7,808 bases of DNA. Origin: a virus. Lineage: Duplodnaviria > Heunggongvirae > Uroviricota > Caudoviricetes. The translations under genes and the position numbers were made by a program. Position 1 is the stretch's first letter; every line of letters begins with the position of its first letter. The notes under the pieces were generated by a model that worked only from the letters and a program-made list of their open reading frames with translations, did not search any database and had not been told where the DNA came from. Of the stretch, positions 5,606 through 7,808 are shown in pieces. Where the stretch lies: the IMG/VR virus record IMGVR_UViG_2648501165_000010, one strand, 5' to 3'.

Positions 5606-5938
5606 ATGTCTGTCACAATTCAGGGAAATACCTCAACCGTTATTTCAAACAACTCCGCCCCGGAAGGAACATCAGAAATAGCCAAAATCACAAGACAAAT
5701 TCAGGTGCTGACTGAAAAGCTTGGGAAAATCTCATCGGAAGAGGGGATGACGACACAGCAGAAAAAAGAAATGGCTGCATTGGTACAGAAGCAAATTGAA
5801 AGCCTCTGGGCTCAACTGGAGCAGTTGTTAAGGCAGCAGGCAGAGAAAAAGAATGAAGACGCGACAGTTCAGCCTGATAAAAAAGAAGAGAAAAAAGACG
5901 ATACAAATACCGCTGGCACCATTGATATTTACGTCTAA
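5606..5938 (+). CDS. flxA: FlxA (110 aa), FliA-regulated prophage protein
   Basis: MSVTIQGNTSTVISNNSAPEG...TAGTIDIYV with AAGGAG SD matches K-12 FlxA by recall. The middle is coiled-coil-like and the tail is charged (KKEEKKDD). Confidence 0.9.
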   Translation: MSVTIQGNTSTVISNNSAPEGTSEIAKITRQIQVLTEKLGKISSEEGMTTQQKKEMAALVQKQIESLWAQLEQLLRQQAEKKNEDATVQPDKKEEKKDDTNTAGTIDIYV

Positions 5939-5952
5939 GTGACAGCCGTATT

Positions 5953-5977
5953 GTGGCCCTCATCGGGCCACTTTTCG
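5953..5977 (+). terminator. Intrinsic terminator after flxA
   Basis: GTGGCCC-TCATC-GGGCCAC followed by TTTTCG. Confidence 0.6.
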
Positions 5978-6254
5978 CCATCAGCCTTTTCTTTAAAGAC
6001 ATATTATCTTTGTATCATTTCTGATAGTTAACATTACAAGATATAAGTAATGGACGCACTCCCAATTAGTCTATTTAAATCGCCACGAGTTTAACTGACA
6101 ACCCATGATCAATTATGAATTGCAACTATTTCTGTAGTCACTTTTGTGGGGACAGTCCACAAAACTGCCAACTTCCGCTTCTTGCTCTTAGCGGACATTA
6201 GCATAGGCTATTTACCATAACGCCTCATTACGCGCACCGCCCAGACTGACTCAG

Positions 6255-6320
6255 CGCGTTTCTGGCATATCCCCGGTAAAACAAGTAACAAACCACCCGA
6301 AAATGAACACCAGAAACGCG
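6255..6320. repeat. 11-bp perfect inverted repeat (CGCGTTTCTGG / CCAGAAACGCG) separated by 44 bp, about 55 bp beyond the transposase stop
   Basis: Direct reading of 6255-6265 against 6310-6320. Confidence 0.6.
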
Positions 6321-6329
6321 ACTTAAGAA

Positions 6330-7770
6330 TCTACCCTATGAATGGATATGCACTCAACCGAATCGATCTTGGTTTCAATCTTTTTTATCGGGATCAGGCT
6401 TCTTTTTAGGTAACTTCGGGGGCTTAACTTGCTGATGACTTTGCGTTCGGCGCGTAAGCCAGGGATGGTCAGCTTTAGGTTTAACATAGTATTTTGAGCG
6501 TAAATCAATACGGGCATTATCCACTCGTTCATGGACACTCTTTTCATCATCCAGTGGTATAGGCTCCGGGCCATCAACATACTTTTCCCAGCCCGGCGCT
6601 TTCCCGTCATACAGAACGTTAATTTCACCGTCAAAGTTCTCGCATACAGTAACAACCGAATGCCTAAGTCGATATCCCCGGCCCTCACTGCGTACCTGAA
6701 ACGCACTGCTTTTGTACTGGAAAGTGAGATTTTTAGACAGAACGCGCTTCGCCTGTAGGCTGAAGATATAACCCAGTTCCTCTTCAGAATGGTGCACATC
6801 AAGATGAGCATTATCAGTAGTACGAGGCGACGTAGCGAACCGGTTGTTATAGGCTTCAATAAAGGTCGGCAACCATGCATTTGCTGTTTCAATATCACTG
6901 ATATTCTGAAGCCGCATTTCTTTGACCAGCCTGTCCTGTAGTGTCTGATTGGCGCGCTCTACCCGCCCTTTTGCCTGCGGGCTGTTGGCATGGATTGGCT
7001 CGATGCCCAGTGTCTTTATCGCACGAGTGAACTGGGTCAGCTCACCTTCCCGCTCTGGGTTATTTACCCTGAATATACTGTGTCTATCAGAGTAGAGAGC
7101 GAGCGGTACGCCATGATCATTAAGGTAACCCCGGAGGGTTTCCATGTAAGCCCGGGTTGTTTCAGCAGGCACAAAACGCAACGCCATCAACGCACTGGTG
7201 GCATCATCAATGAAAACGATCAGTGTACATCTGGGGCCTCGATTTTCAAACCAGTCATGAGGTGAGCCATCAATCTGGATCAGTTCACCGTAAGATGGTC
7301 GTCGCATGCGGCGTTGATATATACGGGCAATTTTACGACGGCGTTCACGCCATAACCCCTCTTCTATCATCCACTTTCTGAGAGTTTCAACGGATAAAGA
7401 TAAACCGTGTATCTCGCGCAATTTTTCGCACGCAAACGTAGGTCCAAAATCAGCGTAACGGCCTTTGAGGAGTGAAATTACTGTTGCTCTGAATTCAGTA
7501 GAAAAGGAATTATTAGGACGCTTTCCACGTCGGTGGGAAACCAGACCAGAAGGCCCTTCATTTCTATACCGTTGCACCAGACGTTTAACCTGCCGAATAG
7601 AAATGCCAATGCGTGCCGCAGCTTGTTCCTGAATAATCTGAAGTCGGTGGAGTTCCTTATGACTCATCGTAACAGTCTCTTTGATCATGAAAAATCCCCC
7701 AGAGAATTGTCTGGGGACATTTTAGAATGGTTCAAAGGGGACATTACAGCTTGGTGTTAACAATAGCCTG
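6330..7770 (-). mobile_element. IS-like element carrying the transposase; ends not resolved
   Basis: Transposase gene present, but no terminal inverted repeats could be matched between the left and right flanks inside the window. Confidence 0.25.
6375..7688 (-). CDS. DDE-type transposase/integrase (437 aa), N-terminal HTH plus rve-like core; IS481/ISNCY-like, family unresolved
   Basis: N-terminus IGISIRQVKRLVQRY looks like a helix-turn-helix. Candidate DDE residues are in QIDGSPHDW, LYSDRHSIF and SPQAKGRVERANQTL. The SD GGGGGA lies inside a 6-bp hairpin (CCCCAG/CTGGGG, 7697-7716). Confidence 0.85.
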   Translation of the reverse strand: MIKETVTMSHKELHRLQIIQEQAAARIGISIRQVKRLVQRYRNEGPSGLVSHRRGKRPNNSFSTEFRATVISLLKGRYADFGPTFACEKLREIHGLSLSVETLRKWMIEEGLWRERRRKIARIYQRRMRRPSYGELIQIDGSPHDWFENRGPRCTLIVFIDDATSALMALRFVPAETTRAYMETLRGYLNDHGVPLALYSDRHSIFRVNNPEREGELTQFTRAIKTLGIEPIHANSPQAKGRVERANQTLQDRLVKEMRLQNISDIETANAWLPTFIEAYNNRFATSPRTTDNAHLDVHHSEEELGYIFSLQAKRVLSKNLTFQYKSSAFQVRSEGRGYRLRHSVVTVCENFDGEINVLYDGKAPGWEKYVDGPEPIPLDDEKSVHERVDNARIDLRSKYYVKPKADHPWLTRRTQSHQQVKPPKLPKKKPDPDKKD

Positions 7771-7808
7771 CTTCTCCGTGCCTTTCGGCACGTAAGAGGC
7801 TAACCTAC

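Noticed and set aside
5353-5715. ORFs 5353-5574 (minus strand) and 5422-5715 (plus strand) upstream of and overlapping flxA
   Set aside because: No RBS; they overlap the flxA promoter and start. flxA itself has a clear sigma-28 promoter and SD.
6323-6898. 191-aa minus-strand ORF
   Set aside because: Lies in an alternative frame inside the transposase gene; no independent start signals.
7689-7760. Sigma-70 promoter for the transposase
   Set aside because: TAAAAT is a good -10 but nothing acceptable sits at -35 with 16-18 bp spacing; left uncalled.
1-7808. CRISPR array or tandem direct repeats
   Set aside because: No regularly spaced repeats of 20-40 bp were seen; the only repeats are the duplicated tRNA segments and short motifs described above.

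Overview
This window reads as a segment of a lambdoid, Qin-like prophage from an Escherichia/Shigella-type genome, in draft state with four N-gaps (578-652, 780-789, 1011-1020, 2593-2602). Calls rest on manual translation and on recalled E. coli K-12 proteins, not on a database search. Almost everything runs on the minus strand. From high to low coordinate the minus-strand genes are: a DDE transposase (6375-7688); the relB-relE-hokD toxin-antitoxin operon with its promoter/operator and terminator; rem; a 92-aa orphan ORF; a ydfU-like DUF968 protein; a second copy of its Cys/His zinc module; rusA; a Q-like late antiterminator; a late promoter and tR'-like terminator; a cluster of tRNA and tRNA-like genes; and a TerB-like late gene broken by an in-frame TAG. 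On the plus strand are flxA with a clear sigma-28 promoter and the doubtful ydfV ORF. No CRISPR array was seen. The items most worth a second look are the amber-interrupted late gene beside a rearranged tRNA cluster, the duplicated zinc-module genes across a gap, and the uncharacterised rem / 92-aa / ydfU-like block next to relBE-hokD; none can be shown to be a new system from sequence alone.
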